From an uncultured Planctomycetota bacterium (GTDB lineage Bacteria > Planctomycetota > Planctomycetia > Isosphaerales > Isosphaeraceae): a stretch of 64,000 nucleotides of DNA. A program made the position numbers and the translations under genes. Each line of letters begins with the position of its first letter. Position 1 is the stretch's first letter. The DNA is taken from NCBI GenBank assembly GCA_963845755.1, contig CAWJTV010000011.1, positions 1,056,001 through 1,120,000 on the forward strand. Reading direction: 5' to 3'. Shown in pieces: positions 10,642 through 22,265 of the stretch. Under the pieces are notes generated by a model. It searched no databases, was not told the origin of the DNA, and saw only the letters and a program-made list of their open reading frames with translations.

Positions 10642-13068
10642 TCATTTCTTGATCAACCACACCTCGGCGACCTGGCATCCGCGACCGTTGCCGCCGCGGC
10701 CCGGCTCGACGGTCCAGGTCAGGGTGAGGGTGCCGGTCTTCGACGCCTCGGAGGGGATGTCGAACTCCACCGGCGTCATGTCCCGCGGCTTGAGCAGGAA
10801 CGGGTGCACCTCTCGCGTATCGTTGGCCGCCAGCCGCACCTTCACCTGGAACATATCGCCGGTATACACGACCTTGACCCTGTACGACGCGGCCGGGTCG
10901 AGGCCGTTGTATCGCATCCGCAGGGGCTCGCCGAAGAGGGTGCCGGAGTGTCGGCACCAGGAACGGCGCCAGGAGGGGTCCTGGTCGAAGGCCGTCATCG
11001 GGCCGTGGAACGAGGCCGGGTCCTCGGCATAGGGCGAGCCGGGGACGCGGTGGGGGCGCTGGAGGGGATTGCCCAGGTCGTCGTAGAACCCGCCGGGACC
11101 GGGGTTCGTCCACTCGACGATCGCCGCGATCGCGCGGAGCCGCGCCGGCTCGGAAGTCGTCTGGCGGATCGCCTCGAAGCGGCGGTTGAGCCAGATCCGG
11201 TTGTTGAGAACCTGGTCGATCGTGTCGAGGTTGGCGCCCCGGCCCACCGAGATCGCCTTGTATCGCGGGACGCTCAGTTGCATGCGAATGCTCTGGAATA
11301 ACGCCTCGCCCAGCTCGAAGACCCGCGCCCGGAGATCGGCCGCGACCGGCTCGCAGCGCCTCCGAGGATCCGCTCGGCCTGTTCCATCGCGGCGATCGAG
11401 CCGATCGCGCCGGCCTGACGCAGCCTGTCGATCGCCCGCTCCTCGAGGTTGGTCTCGAAGATGAGGCGGCTGCGGACATAGGCGTCGTAATAGGCGCGGT
11501 AGAGCGCCTGCTGGAACCGCCAGTTCGCCAGCACGCGCGGCGGCACGCGGCGTTCCAGCGTCCGGAACTGCTGGAGGGTCGTGTTGACCGAGCCGTTCGT
11601 CAACAGCGGCCCGCGCCAGTTCTGCTCCAGGGCGAAGAGCCCCTGGGCGAAGCCGTCGGCGTCGCGGTCGGGCAGGCCGGCGAGGATTCGGGCATAATCG
11701 CGCAAGACATCGAGGATATCCGCATCCGGGTCCCAGCCCAGCGCGCTCCAGACGATCTTGTTGACGTCGTCGTTGCAGCCCTCGGAATAGGTGATGAAGC
11801 CAATCGTGTTCTCAGCAAACGCGTGAAAGATCGTCGATTCATCCCGCGGGCGGGGATTGATCACCTCGCGGCCTTCGGTCAGGGCATAGGCGACGTCCCA
11901 GTCGGGGACCGGGTACTGGCAGCGCAGGCTGTGGGTGATATCCGGGTAGTCGCGGATCGGGTACTTCGACGGGACGGCCTTCCTCAGCTCGGGGAGGCTG
12001 ATCCGCACTTGCGGGCCGTACACGATGCCGCCGAGCCAGGCGGGCTCGGCCTTCACCAGCGCGAGGAACTCGTCCAGCCACTCGCGGGAGAAGCTCTGGG
12101 GCGAGACCCACATCTGGGCGGTCGGGTGATAGCGCCGGAGGTTGGCGGCCTGCTTTTCCAGGAGGGCCATCAGGTATTGGGGCCGGGTGTGTCCCGGATC
12201 GCCGCCGGGCACGAAGACCGCGTCGATCCGGGGCAGCTTCTTGAACACCTCGGCCCACTCCTGGATCGCGTGCTCGACCGTTTTCGGATCGGAATAATCG
12301 GCATCCATCGCCGGATACCAGATCCAGACGTCCAATCCATAATCGGCGCAGATGCCGGACATGCCGGCCATCATCGCGAGGGGCGGCCGGGGGAAATGCG
12401 GGCTATCGGCGTCATCGTCGGAACGGGGCGGGATCAGCTCGATGGCATTGGTGCCGAAGAGCGCCAGCTCGCGGATGTAGCGCTCCCATTGGGGGAGGTC
12501 CCAGGCGTCGTAAGAGTTCGTCTTGGGACGGTAGCCGAGTTGATGACCGCGCAGCGGGTATTTCGGTGCCGAGGTCAGGTTGAGCCGATCGGGCAGCGTC
12601 GCCTGCCCCGGTCTCATCCGCAGCGTGCGCAGGAACCGGCCGACGCCGAAGAGCACGCCGCGCGCATCGTTGCCGATGACCAGCACCGCAGGCGCGCCCC
12701 GGCCCGTGTCCACGGTGCGGATGTGGAAGCCCTCCCGGGCATCGCCGCCCGGCGGCGCGGCGGGGACGTGGTCGCGGAACGGGCTGGTGTCTGATCGCAG
12801 CAGTCGGGCCGGCCCGATCGCGACGATCGGCTCCGCACCGCCCGGCAACCGCAATGAGACCTCCCAGGAAATGCCCGCCTGCGCGCACCTCCTCGACCAG
12901 GAGCTGCACGGCCTGGTTCTCCGGACCCGATAGCCCGTCCGGCACGACGACCACGGCGCGATTCAGGTCGAGCTCCGCGGCGCCGGCCGGGACTTGGCCC
13001 TGGAGGATGCCGGCAAGGGCGGCGATGAGCGTCAATCGGACGGCGAGCGATCTTGTGGGGTACATCAT
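10642..13068 (-). CDS. Secreted glycoside-hydrolase-like protein (GH20/GH67-type N-terminal domain), frameshifted
   Basis: Signal peptide; IGNDARGVLFGVGRFLR and PKYPLRGHQLGYR; spread over three ORFs. Confidence 0.65.
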
Positions 13069-13070
13069 TT

Positions 13071-13130
13071 GTAGGTCAGGCTTTCCAGCCTGACAACTCC
13101 CGGCGCGTCAGGCGGGAAAGCCTGACCTGC
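13071..13130. repeat. REP-like doublet, family A
   Basis: GTAGGTCAGGCTTTCCAGCCTGAC...GTCAGGCGGGAAAGCCTGACCTGC just downstream of nuoN. Confidence 0.9.
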
Positions 13131-13136
13131 AAACAC

Positions 13137-14712
13137 TCACGGTGCCGTGCCCACTCCGGCGACGTTGGTGACTTGCGGCTTGTCGGGCTCGGGATGCGCC
13201 ATGGCGGAGCGGGCGGCAGAGCGGGCCGTCGAACGCCACGGGCGCCCAGAAGATGCCCAGGGCGATCGTCAGGCCGACACAGACCGCCACCGAGACCCCC
13301 ACCGGCCAGCCGCCGCGGGTCCCGATCGGTTGCCGGGCCGGGCTCAGATACATCAGGACGACGATCCGCAGGTAATAGTACGCCCCGATCGCCGCGTTCA
13401 GCACGCCGGCGATCGCCAGCCACAGGAACCACGATTCCCCCATCTCCTGCGCCGCCAGCGCCGAGGTGAAGATCTCGAACTTGCCCCAGAATCCGACCAG
13501 AGGAGGAATCCCGCTGAGGCTGAGCAAACACACGGCCAGCCCGGCACCCAGCCAGGGCTGGGCCCAGCCCGCCCCGGCGAGGTCGTCCACCGATTCGACG
13601 GGCCGATCGCCGATCCGCAGGGCGATCAGTACGCCGAAGGCCCCCAGGGTCATCAGGGCGTAGGCGACCAGGTAGAAGAGGATCCCTTCGATGCCGTAAT
13701 AGAGCCTCGTGTGATGCTGGCCGTTGGCGAACGCGACGGCCACGCCGATCATCATGTAGCCGGCGTGCGCGATCGCTGAGTAGGCCAGCAGCCGCTTGAG
13801 GTCGTCCTGGACCAGGGCCATGAAGTTGCCCACGATCATCGTCGCCACCGCGATCACCGAGGAGACGAGGATCGCCTGCTCGAACAACGTCGCCGACTCG
13901 GAGAACACGGTCGCCAGCGCGCGGATCATGGCGAGGAAGCCGACCGCCTTGGGCACCCAGGACAGCAGGGCGGCGATCACGATCGGCGAACCCTGGTAGA
14001 CGTCGGGCGCGTAGAAGTGCAGCGGGACGGCGGCCACCCGGAAGCACAAACCCGCCATCACGAAAACGATCGCGATCAGGCCGAGCTGCGGAAGGGGCAC
14101 GTTGCCCACCTTGAGGAACAGGAACGACAACGCCTTCAGGTTGCTAATGCCCGTGGCCCCGTACAGGAACGTCAGGCCGTACAGGAGAAGCGCCGAGGCG
14201 AAGATGCTGAGGAAGAAGTACTTGGTCGCGGCCTCCTGGGTGCTCGGGTTCCGCTTCGAGAGATAAAGGAGCAGGTAGGTGGGCATGCTCACCAGCTCCA
14301 GCCCGACGAAGAGGAAGACCAGCTCGTTGGCCGCGGCCACGAGCATCGCCCCGGCATTCATGATCAGCAGGGCCCCGAAGAACTCGCCCGCGCGCTCATC
14401 GGAGGGTTCATCGTGCGCCAGCCCTAACACGATCAGGCCCGTCAGCAGCAGGACGATCCGCGCCCAGAATGAGAGGGTGTCGTTCAGGGCGACGGCGGCG
14501 TAGAGATCGGTCTCTTGCCGGGCCACGGCCAGGAGTGCCACCAGCGCGGCGAGCATCGCCCAGACCGCGGCGCGGCACCAACGTCGCCGCGGCTGCCGGA
14601 GGAACGGGGATGCCGTCATCAGCCCGATGCCGGTCAGCAGCAGGATGATCTCGGGGAGGAGGATCAGCGCCGTCTGTCGCGCCGACTCGTAAGCGTCGGA
14701 ACCCATCGTCAC
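13137..14712 (-). CDS. nuoN: NADH-quinone oxidoreductase subunit N (frameshift near the C-terminus)
   Basis: EAATKYFFLS, PLHFYAPDVYQG, KRLLAYSAIAHAGY; operon position. Confidence 0.95.
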
Positions 14713-16607
14713 TGGCCTTTCTGGGATGCCTTGGCGGGCGGGGAGGTCTGGCTCTTGCCCTTGGTCTGGCCCTTGCCCTTGGTCTGGCCCTTACCTTTGG
14801 TCTGGCCCTTACCTGTGGGGCTGGCGCCGGGGCGTGGTGCCCCCTTGCCCGTGCCGCCCCGCCGCGGTTGATTCGGGATCATCTGCGATTGGCCGAGCTG
14901 CTCGCGGATGAGCTCGCGCTCGCGCTCGCGCTGGGTTTCCACGTTCTGGCTGATCAGGTGCACCGCAGGCTGGATCTGCTCGAAGATCGGCCGCGGGTAG
15001 AGACCGATCGCGACGATCAGGAACATGATCGGCGCCAGGCCGGCGATCTCATGCCAGCCGACGGGCCGGACGGCCGCATCGGGCGCCGGCTGCGCGGTTG
15101 CCGAGGCCGCCCCATGAGCATGCTCGCCCGGTTCCCGCAGCGGGCCGAAGATCACCCGACGCACCATCCAGAGCAGGTAGAACGCGCCCAGGATCATCCC
15201 GGTCGCCGCGAACACGGCCGCGAGCGGGCTGGTACCGAAGGCGCCGACCAGGATCGGGAACTCGCCCACGAACCCGTTGAGGCCCGGCACCGCCGCCGAA
15301 CCCAGGGCCGCCAGGATCAGGAAGAAGGCCAGCAGCGGCAGCCGGTTCCATAGCCCGCCCATCTCGTCCATCGATCGGGTGTGGTAGCGCTCGTAGATCA
15401 CCCCCACGCAGGCGAACAGGGCGCCGGTGGTCAGCCCATGGTTGAGCATCTGCACCACCGAGCCGTCCATTCCCGTCGGGTTCAGCGCGAACAGGCCCAG
15501 CACGATGAATCCCATGTGACTGACCGAGCTATACGCGACCAGCCGCTTGATATCGGTCTGGGCCAGTGCGGCCAGGGCCCCGTAGATGATCCCGATCACC
15601 GCCAGGGTGGCCAGCATCGGGAACAGCCAGCCGGCGGCCAGCGGCGTCATGCCCAGGTTGAACCGCAGCAGTCCGTAGCTCCCCACCTTGAGCAACACGC
15701 CGGCCAGCACGATCGACCCGGCGGTCGGCGCCTCGACGTGCGCCAGGGGCAGCCAGGTGTGGAACGGGAACATCGGGACCTTGATCGCGAACCCCGCCAG
15801 CAACAGCAGGAAGATCAGGACCTGCGGGCTGCCCCAGGACGTGGCCGTCTGCCAGGGCGCCCAGTTCAGGGCCCCGAGCCCCCGGGTCAGCTCGGGGATC
15901 GAGAAGGTCAGGACGTTGCCCCTGGAGAACTGGTAGTGCACCACCACCAGCGCGATGACGCCCAGCAGCGTCAGCAGGCTGCCGGCGAGCGTGTAGAGGA
16001 AGAACATCACCGAGGCCCGGCGCCGCTGCGGGCCGCCCCAGATCCCGATCAGGAAGAACAGCGGGATCAGCGTGAACTCGAAGAAGATGTAGAACAGGAT
16101 GACGTCCAGGCTGGCGAACAGGCCGAGCAGGCCGGTCTCCAGCGCCAGCAGGAACGCATAATGCGCGGCCACGCGCTCGGTGATCGATTCCCACGATGCG
16201 CAGATCGCCGTGATCATCAACAGCGAGGTCAGCACGAACAGCCACAGGCTGATGCCGTCGAGGCCCAGGGCGAACCGGATGTCGGGCCGGTCCGTCAGCT
16301 CGGTCGCGGGTCGGCCGTTCGACGTCGCTCCACTCGGGGTGGACTGCATCTCGCGGCGGGTCGGCGCGTCGGACGAGTTGCCCGACCAGGAGACCCCGTA
16401 TTTCCCGTCCGCTCCGACCGAAGCGAACTGGGGGTCCTCCACCTGCGGACGGAACGACGTCAGCAGGATCAGGCTGAAGGCCAGCGTTGCCAGGGCAACC
16501 CCCAGCGCGATCGTCCGCGCCCTGTGGCGGTCGGTCTGGGGCATCAGAACCAGGGCCAGGCTCCCCACAACCGGGAGGAAGACCGTGATCACCAGGAGTG
16601 TCAACAT
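14709..16607 (-). CDS. nuoM: NADH-quinone oxidoreductase subunit M
   Basis: FAIKVPMFPFHTWLPLAHVEAPTAGS, KRLVAYSSVSHMG. Confidence 0.97.
   Translation of the reverse strand: MLTLLVITVFLPVVGSLALVLMPQTDRHRARTIALGVALATLAFSLILLTSFRPQVEDPQFASVGADGKYGVSWSGNSSDAPTRREMQSTPSGATSNGRPATELTDRPDIRFALGLDGISLWLFVLTSLLMITAICASWESITERVAAHYAFLLALETGLLGLFASLDVILFYIFFEFTLIPLFFLIGIWGGPQRRRASVMFFLYTLAGSLLTLLGVIALVVVHYQFSRGNVLTFSIPELTRGLGALNWAPWQTATSWGSPQVLIFLLLLAGFAIKVPMFPFHTWLPLAHVEAPTAGSIVLAGVLLKVGSYGLLRFNLGMTPLAAGWLFPMLATLAVIGIIYGALAALAQTDIKRLVAYSSVSHMGFIVLGLFALNPTGMDGSVVQMLNHGLTTGALFACVGVIYERYHTRSMDEMGGLWNRLPLLAFFLILAALGSAAVPGLNGFVGEFPILVGAFGTSPLAAVFAATGMILGAFYLLWMVRRVIFGPLREPGEHAHGAASATAQPAPDAAVRPVGWHEIAGLAPIMFLIVAIGLYPRPIFEQIQPAVHLISQNVETQRERERELIREQLGQSQMIPNQPRRGGTGKGAPRPGASPTGKGQTKGKGQTKGKGQTKGKSQTSPPAKASQKGQ
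14745..14816 (-). repeat. 4 x 18-bp coding tandem repeat (KGKGQT) in the NuoM tail
   Basis: GGTCTGGCCCTTRCCYTT-like units. Confidence 0.9.
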
Positions 16608-16655
16608 TCATCCATCCTCATCGGACTCGCCGACTCATTTGAGGCCCTGACGAAT

Positions 16656-16693
16656 AGGGGACAGGTACCTCGAAGACTCGGAGCCAGTCCCCT
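16656..16693. repeat. Imperfect palindrome AGGGGACAGGTACC...GGAGCCAGTCCCCT between nuoL and nuoM
   Basis: Inverted arms seen directly. Confidence 0.65.
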
Positions 16694-16698
16694 TTTTG

Positions 16699-18799
16699 TC
16701 AGGGCGCGTTAAGCAATTCCGAGCCGAGTTGCAAGAGAATCAACACGAGTAAGAGCAGCGCCACGCTCGCCGCCGAGGCGGCCGCGTAGAACTGGATCAA
16801 GCCGTTTTGGTAGAAGGACAGCACCTGGCGGCCGAACCAACGGGGAACGCGCGCCACGCCGATCACCAGGCCATCCACCAGGTACACATCCAGGAACTCG
16901 CAAATGATCGCCAGCCCGCGGATCGGCGTCACGACGGTCCACTGATAGATCTCGTCGATGTAGAACTTGTTCAGCGAGGCTTCGTACAGCGGCTTGATCC
17001 GGGCACCGAGTGAAATCGCGGCCTTCCCATTCCCGTAGAGGAAATAACTCAGCCCGATGCCAACCACGCCGGCCAGGGTGCCGATGATCGCCGTCAGCCA
17101 GGAGAAGGCGTGCTCCGCGTGGCCCAGCGACTCGAAGCCGAGGGTCTTCTCCAGATGCCCGGCGAACCACTCGGTTGCACCGCCGAAGAACGGGCCGATC
17201 AGGAAGCAGATCAAGCCGAGGAGCACGGTGCAGCCGGCCAGTGCGAGCAACGGGAAAGTCATCAGCGGAGGCGACTCGTGGCCGATCTCACCGTGATGGG
17301 CATGAGGAAGGCCGGTCAAGCCCTCGCCATGCGGTTCGTGGTCGTGGGCACCGGCCGGTTCGGCGTGGTGGGACGCGATCGCCTCCGGGTCGTCGGGACC
17401 CGGCAGCTTCTCCGGACCGAAGAAGGTCATGAAGAACGCGCGGCCGGTGTAGAACGCTGTCAGGAAGGCGGTGAAGAGCGCGACCCCGTAGATCAGGCCA
17501 TAAGGCCAACCTCCGCCGGCTTCGTGCCCGACGTCTTCGGCGCTCGAAAGCGCCAGGAGGACCTCGTCCTTGCTGAAGAAGCCGGAGAGCGGCGGGATCG
17601 CGGCCAGCGCCAGGCCGCCGACGGCGAACGTCCAGCAGGTGATCGGCATCCGGTGGCGCAGGCCGCCGAACCGCCGCATGTCGATCACGTCCCCCATCGC
17701 GTGCATCACGCTCCCCGACGCCAGGAACAGCAGCGCCTTGAAGAAGGCATGCATGAACAGGTGAAACATCGCCGCCACGACCGCGAGCTGGGCCACGCCG
17801 CCGACGCCCGCCCCCAGCGCCATGAACATGTAACCGAGCTGGCTGACCGTCGAATAGGCCATCACGCGCTTCAGGTCGTTCTGGGTCACGGCGATCGCCG
17901 CCGCGAGCAGCGCCGTCGCGCAGCCGATCGCCGCGATCAAGAGCTGTACCCCCGGGGCCATCGCGATCATCGGCGTCGAGCGCGCGATCAGGTAGACGCC
18001 GGCCGTCACCATCGTCGCGGCGTGGATCAATGCCGAGACCGGCGTGGGGCCCTCCATCGCGTCGGGGAGCCAGACGTAGAGCGGGATCTGGGCGCTCTTG
18101 GCCGTCGCGCCCCAGAACAGCAACAGCGAGATCCCGACGATCGCGCCGTGCGGCATGGCATTCAGGTTTTTCGCACTGAAGATATTATCATAGCTCAGGT
18201 CGTGGGCCGGCGCGATCGACCAGAGCCAGAAGATGGCGATCGCGAATCCGAAGTCGCCGACCCGGTTGACCAGGAACGCCTTCATCGCCGCCGCCGAGGC
18301 CGATGGCCGCGCAGTGCCAGAAGCCGACCAGAAGGTAGCTGCAAACCCCCACGCCTTCCCAGAAGACGTACGTCAGGACGTAATTGTTGGAAAGGACCAA
18401 TCCCGTCATCGAGAAGACGAACAGGCCGATCTCGGCGAAGAACCGCGTGTAGCCTTCGTCGCCGTCCATGTAGCCGGCGGCGAAGACGGCGACGAGCAGC
18501 GAGACGAACGTGACCATCGAGAGCATCATCGAGCTCAGGCCGTTAACGCGGAGCTCGATCGGGATCTGGAAATCGGTGGCCGTCAGCCAGCTCATCACGG
18601 TCCACGTCTGGTCCGGGCCGGCCGATACGAGCGTGCCCAATGAGAACAGGAACGCCAGGCCGATCCCGACCACGACCGGGACGTGGGCCGCGATCTTCAG
18701 GCGACGGGCGCCCAGGGCGATTGCCGCCCCCAGGAGCGGCAACAGTGGGATGAACCAGGCGTACCTTACGAAGAAACCGGGAAGCTCCGGGTCTGTCAT
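16699..18799 (-). CDS. nuoL: NADH-quinone oxidoreductase subunit L (frameshift near 18310)
   Basis: WEGVGVCSYLLVGFW, KAFLVNRVGD, KSAQIPLYVWLPDAMEGPTPVSALIHAATMVTAGVY. Confidence 0.97.
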
Positions 18800-18838
18800 G
18801 GCGCTGCTCTTTCCAACGGGCTGTTCGACGGCTCGATT

Positions 18839-18903
18839 GTAGGGTGCTCTGTGAGCACCGATCTGGTTGTCCGCGTTGTTCCGGTGCTCACAGAGCACCC
18901 TAC
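18839..18903. repeat. REP-like doublet, family B (GTAGGGTGCTCTGTGAGCACCG ... perfect inverse)
   Basis: 22-bp perfect inverted repeat with GTAG/CTAC ends; each arm is itself a hairpin. Confidence 0.9.
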
Positions 18904-18909
18904 GAGGGG

Positions 18910-19380
18910 TCAGCGTCGCCGCTCGATCCATGGTTCCACGGGGTGGGCCGGCTCGATGCCGGCGGGGGTCAGATGCGGATACGACTCGGGGCCGGGTACC
19001 ACCTCGAGCGGCTCGGCTTCCTCGGCGAGGTCGGTCGCGGGCGTGGGCGGCACGTTCGCCTCGCGAAGGTCTTGCCAGAGCGTGACGTCCAGCGACGACC
19101 GCCGATTATAGAGGATCACGATCAGGGCCAGTGCGATCGATGCCTCGCACGCGGCGACCGTCAGGATCATGATCGTGAAGACCTGGCCGGTCCAGTTGCC
19201 GTGATATCGGCCGAACCCGACCAGGCTCAGCGCCGTGCCCTGCAGCATCATCTCGGCCGACAGGAACATCACGATCAGGTTGCGCCGACTCAGGAAGCCG
19301 AGCATGCCCAGCACGAACAGCGCGGCTCCCACCAGCAGGTAATCTCGGAGGACATCGAGCGAGAAGATATCGGGCGGCAT
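18910..19380 (-). CDS. nuoK: NADH-quinone oxidoreductase subunit K with C-terminal extension
   Basis: RRNLIVMFLSAEMML, VAACEASIALAL. Confidence 0.95.
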   Translation of the reverse strand: MPPDIFSLDVLRDYLLVGAALFVLGMLGFLSRRNLIVMFLSAEMMLQGTALSLVGFGRYHGNWTGQVFTIMILTVAACEASIALALIVILYNRRSSLDVTLWQDLREANVPPTPATDLAEEAEPLEVVPGPESYPHLTPAGIEPAHPVEPWIERRR

Positions 19381-19446
19381 GGTTTTTTCTTCAAGGAGCA
19401 AGTCGCGAGGAAAGTCCGATACGAACGTGGGCCGAGGGGCGAACGT

Positions 19447-20317
19447 TCACGGGGCGACAACTTGAGCGGGGTCTGGGCCGGCAGCGCCGGGCCGTTTCGG
19501 GTTGGTGATCGCGACGGCCCCGATCAGTGCGACGAACAGGAGCGCACCGGCCAGGCCGACGGTCACCAGGTGATCGGTATACAGCGACGCACCCAATCCG
19601 GCGACGTTCGGCTTCTCCTGGCCGGGTGCGTCGAAGATCTGGGAAGTCGGGGTCAAGCTCCGATCGAGCACGGTGACGATCGGTGACGTCGTCAATTTGC
19701 TGTAGGCGGCGATCTCGTGGGAGCGGAGGAGAGACCTCTCCGCCTCGAGGTCTCTCCGATCGGGCGTCACCCCCTCACGCGGAGGAGCGGGGCGGACCGT
19801 GGAGAGGGCGACCATCAGGCTCCAGAACAGCAGGTAACAGGTGATGGTGGCGGCCTCGGGCGTCCGGGCCGCTCGATCGTAGACCGCCCGGCCTTCCATC
19901 TGGGCCAGCATGATAACGAACAGGAAGGTCACGATGATGGCGCCTGCATAGACGATAATCGTTCCGGCCGCCAGGAACGGGGCCCCGGCCAGGAGGAAGA
20001 GGCCGGCCGTCGACAACACGACCGAGGCGAACCAGAGGGCGCTATAGACCGGGTTGCGGCTGGTCACGGTCAGGAATCCCCCGGCGATCGCGGCCGCCCC
20101 GAAACCATAAAGGAACAGGGTCGGCAAGAACGGTCCCGGCGGGCTCCAGAATCCCAGGAACACCAGGAGCGCCAGGCCCACCGCGGCCAGACCCGCACCG
20201 TGCCGCCGTCTGCGGCCGGGTCAGTCCGTGACGGTGCGGCAGGATCAGGTAGGTCCCCGCGGCGCCCAGCACGACGACCAGTGTGGCGAGGATCGTGTCC
20301 GTCAGCGAGATCGGCAT
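19447..20317 (-). CDS. nuoJ: NADH-quinone oxidoreductase subunit J with N-terminal extension (frameshift near 20190)
   Basis: RNPVYSALWF, IIVYAGAIIVTFLFVIML. Confidence 0.92.
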
Positions 20318-20336
20318 CGTCGGGCCGCTTTCCAAT

Positions 20337-20392
20337 GTAGGTCAGGCTTTCCAGCCCGACGGCGATGATTCGTCAGGGCGATGATTCGTCAG
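20337..20392. repeat. Single family-A REP followed by a 2 x 16-bp direct repeat (GGCGATGATTCGTCAG)
   Basis: Seen directly in the nuoI-nuoJ spacer. Confidence 0.8.
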
Positions 20393-20982
20393 GTTTCCAG
20401 CGACGGCAGGATTCGCGTCGGGTCCGGGCCCTCGGCCGGCGGTTTCCCATAACGCATGGGCTCGGTGTTGCAGGTCGCGTCGAACACGGAGAGGAGCTTC
20501 GTCTTATCGAAGATCATCTGCTCGCGCGACAGGCCCGTCAGGTCATAGAGTCCGGTCAGCTCGATCGCCTCGACCGGACAGGCTTCCTCGCACATCCCGC
20601 AATAGATACAGCGCAGTTCGTCGATGACGAAGCTCTCCGGGTACTTCTCCCGGTCCGGCCAGGTTGGCGGGGCGGTCGTCCCGACGATGTCGATACAGTG
20701 CGCCGGGCAGGCCGTGGCGCAGAGCATGCACGCCACACACTTGACCCGACCTTCCTCGTCCTTGTTCAGCCGGTGCACGCCCCGGTAATTCGGGCTCGGC
20801 ACGTGCTGCTCCTCGGGATACTGGACGGTGATCGCCTGGTGATCGAACGCGACGCCCGCCATGTGCCGCGCCGTCACGCCCAGGCCCTGCACGATCGGCC
20901 ACAAATAGGCTTTCTCGAGCCAGTTCAACTTCGGCGGGTCCATTCGCTTCAGCTTCGGGTCGTCGAGTCGCATGGCTTTCAC
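20389..20982 (-). CDS. nuoI: NADH-quinone oxidoreductase subunit I
   Basis: CVACMLCATACP and CIYCGMCEEACP 4Fe-4S motifs. Confidence 0.97.
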   Translation of the reverse strand: MKAMRLDDPKLKRMDPPKLNWLEKAYLWPIVQGLGVTARHMAGVAFDHQAITVQYPEEQHVPSPNYRGVHRLNKDEEGRVKCVACMLCATACPAHCIDIVGTTAPPTWPDREKYPESFVIDELRCIYCGMCEEACPVEAIELTGLYDLTGLSREQMIFDKTKLLSVFDATCNTEPMRYGKPPAEGPDPTRILPSLET

Positions 20983-20985
20983 CCC

Positions 20986-21095
20986 AATTCCAGATTTCCG
21001 ATTCGAGATTCCGGATTCGAGATTCCGGATTCGAGATTCCGGATTCCGGATTCCGGATTCGAGATTCCCGATTCCGGATTCCGGATTCCCGATTC
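20986..21095. repeat. Heptamer tandem array (GATTCCG/GATTCGA, ~15 units)
   Basis: Fills the whole nuoH-nuoI spacer. Confidence 0.95.
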
Positions 21096-22128
21096 AGCCG
21101 CGGATGAGCTGCACGATCGCCGCGGTGGCGACCAGGTTGACGAGCGCCAGCGGAATCATCACCTTCCAGGCCAGGTTCATGAGCTGGTCATAGCGGAAGC
21201 GGGGCAAGGTCCACCGCACCCACATGATGAAGAGGATCATCAGCGTCACCTTGGCCAGCAGCACCGCGACCTTGGCGATCACGCTCAAGACACCCGTCTG
21301 GTCCTGGCTCAGGAAGAAGAAGTCCCAGCCGCCGAAGAACAGGATCACGGTCAAGAAGCTGACGGTGATCACGTGCAGATACTCGCCCAGGAAGAACATG
21401 CCGAACTTCATCGCCGAGTACTCGGTGTGGAACCCGCCGACGAGCTCCTGCTCGGACTCCGGCAGGTCGAACGGCAGCCGATTGGTCTCGGCGAACGCGC
21501 TGACCAGGAAGATCAGGAAGCCCAGCGGCGTGGCGAAGATCCCCCAGACGTGGGTCCGATCTTGCCAGTTGATGATCGCGTTCAGGTCGAGCGAGCCGGC
21601 CCAGAGTACGATGCCCAGGACCGAGAGGCCCAGCGGGATCTCGTAACTGATCAACTGCGCGCTCGAACGCAGGGCGCCGATGAACGAGTACTTGTTGTTC
21701 GACGACCAGCCCGCCAGGATCACGCCGTAGACGGCCAGACTGCCCACGGCGAACACATAGACGATCCCGATATCGACGTACGGCGCGATCTGGAAATCCA
21801 GGTACTGGTCGTGTCCGACCGGCCCGAATGGCACCACGGCGAAGCCGATCGTCGCCGCGGCAATCGCGATCATCGGGGCGAGCAGGTAGAGCGGTTTGGA
21901 CACATAGGCGGGAACCACGTCCTCCTTCAATAGCATCTTGGCCCCGTCGGCCAGGGGCTGGAGCAGGCCGAACGGGATGCCGAACTCGCGGCCCGCCCGG
22001 TTCGGACCGATCCGGTCCTGCGCGTACGCGGCAACCTTGCGCTCGACGTAGATCAAGTACGCCACGGCACCCTGAGAAATGCCGACCACGATCAGGATCT
22101 TGATCAGGATGCCGAGCACGAACAACAT
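21094..22128 (-). CDS. nuoH: NADH-quinone oxidoreductase subunit H
   Basis: QDRIGPNR, GLLQPLADGAK, AETNRLPFDLPESEQELVGGFHTEYS. Confidence 0.97.
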   Translation of the reverse strand: MLFVLGILIKILIVVGISQGAVAYLIYVERKVAAYAQDRIGPNRAGREFGIPFGLLQPLADGAKMLLKEDVVPAYVSKPLYLLAPMIAIAAATIGFAVVPFGPVGHDQYLDFQIAPYVDIGIVYVFAVGSLAVYGVILAGWSSNNKYSFIGALRSSAQLISYEIPLGLSVLGIVLWAGSLDLNAIINWQDRTHVWGIFATPLGFLIFLVSAFAETNRLPFDLPESEQELVGGFHTEYSAMKFGMFFLGEYLHVITVSFLTVILFFGGWDFFFLSQDQTGVLSVIAKVAVLLAKVTLMILFIMWVRWTLPRFRYDQLMNLAWKVMIPLALVNLVATAAIVQLIRG

Positions 22129-22152
22129 GTTCCCTCCTCAGCTTTGTTCAGT

Positions 22153-22265
22153 GTAGGGTGGGTGAAACCCACCAAGATACGGCCCGATTCTGGTGGGTTT
22201 CACCCACCCTACGCGAAATTCCATCTGGAATTATGGTCCTCGATCCGCGGTTTCACCCACCCTAC
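22153..22265. repeat. REP-like cluster, family C (GTAGGGTGGGTGAAACCCACC; doublet plus partial third copy)
   Basis: Inverted pair 22153-22212 and partial copy 22249-22265. Confidence 0.9.
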
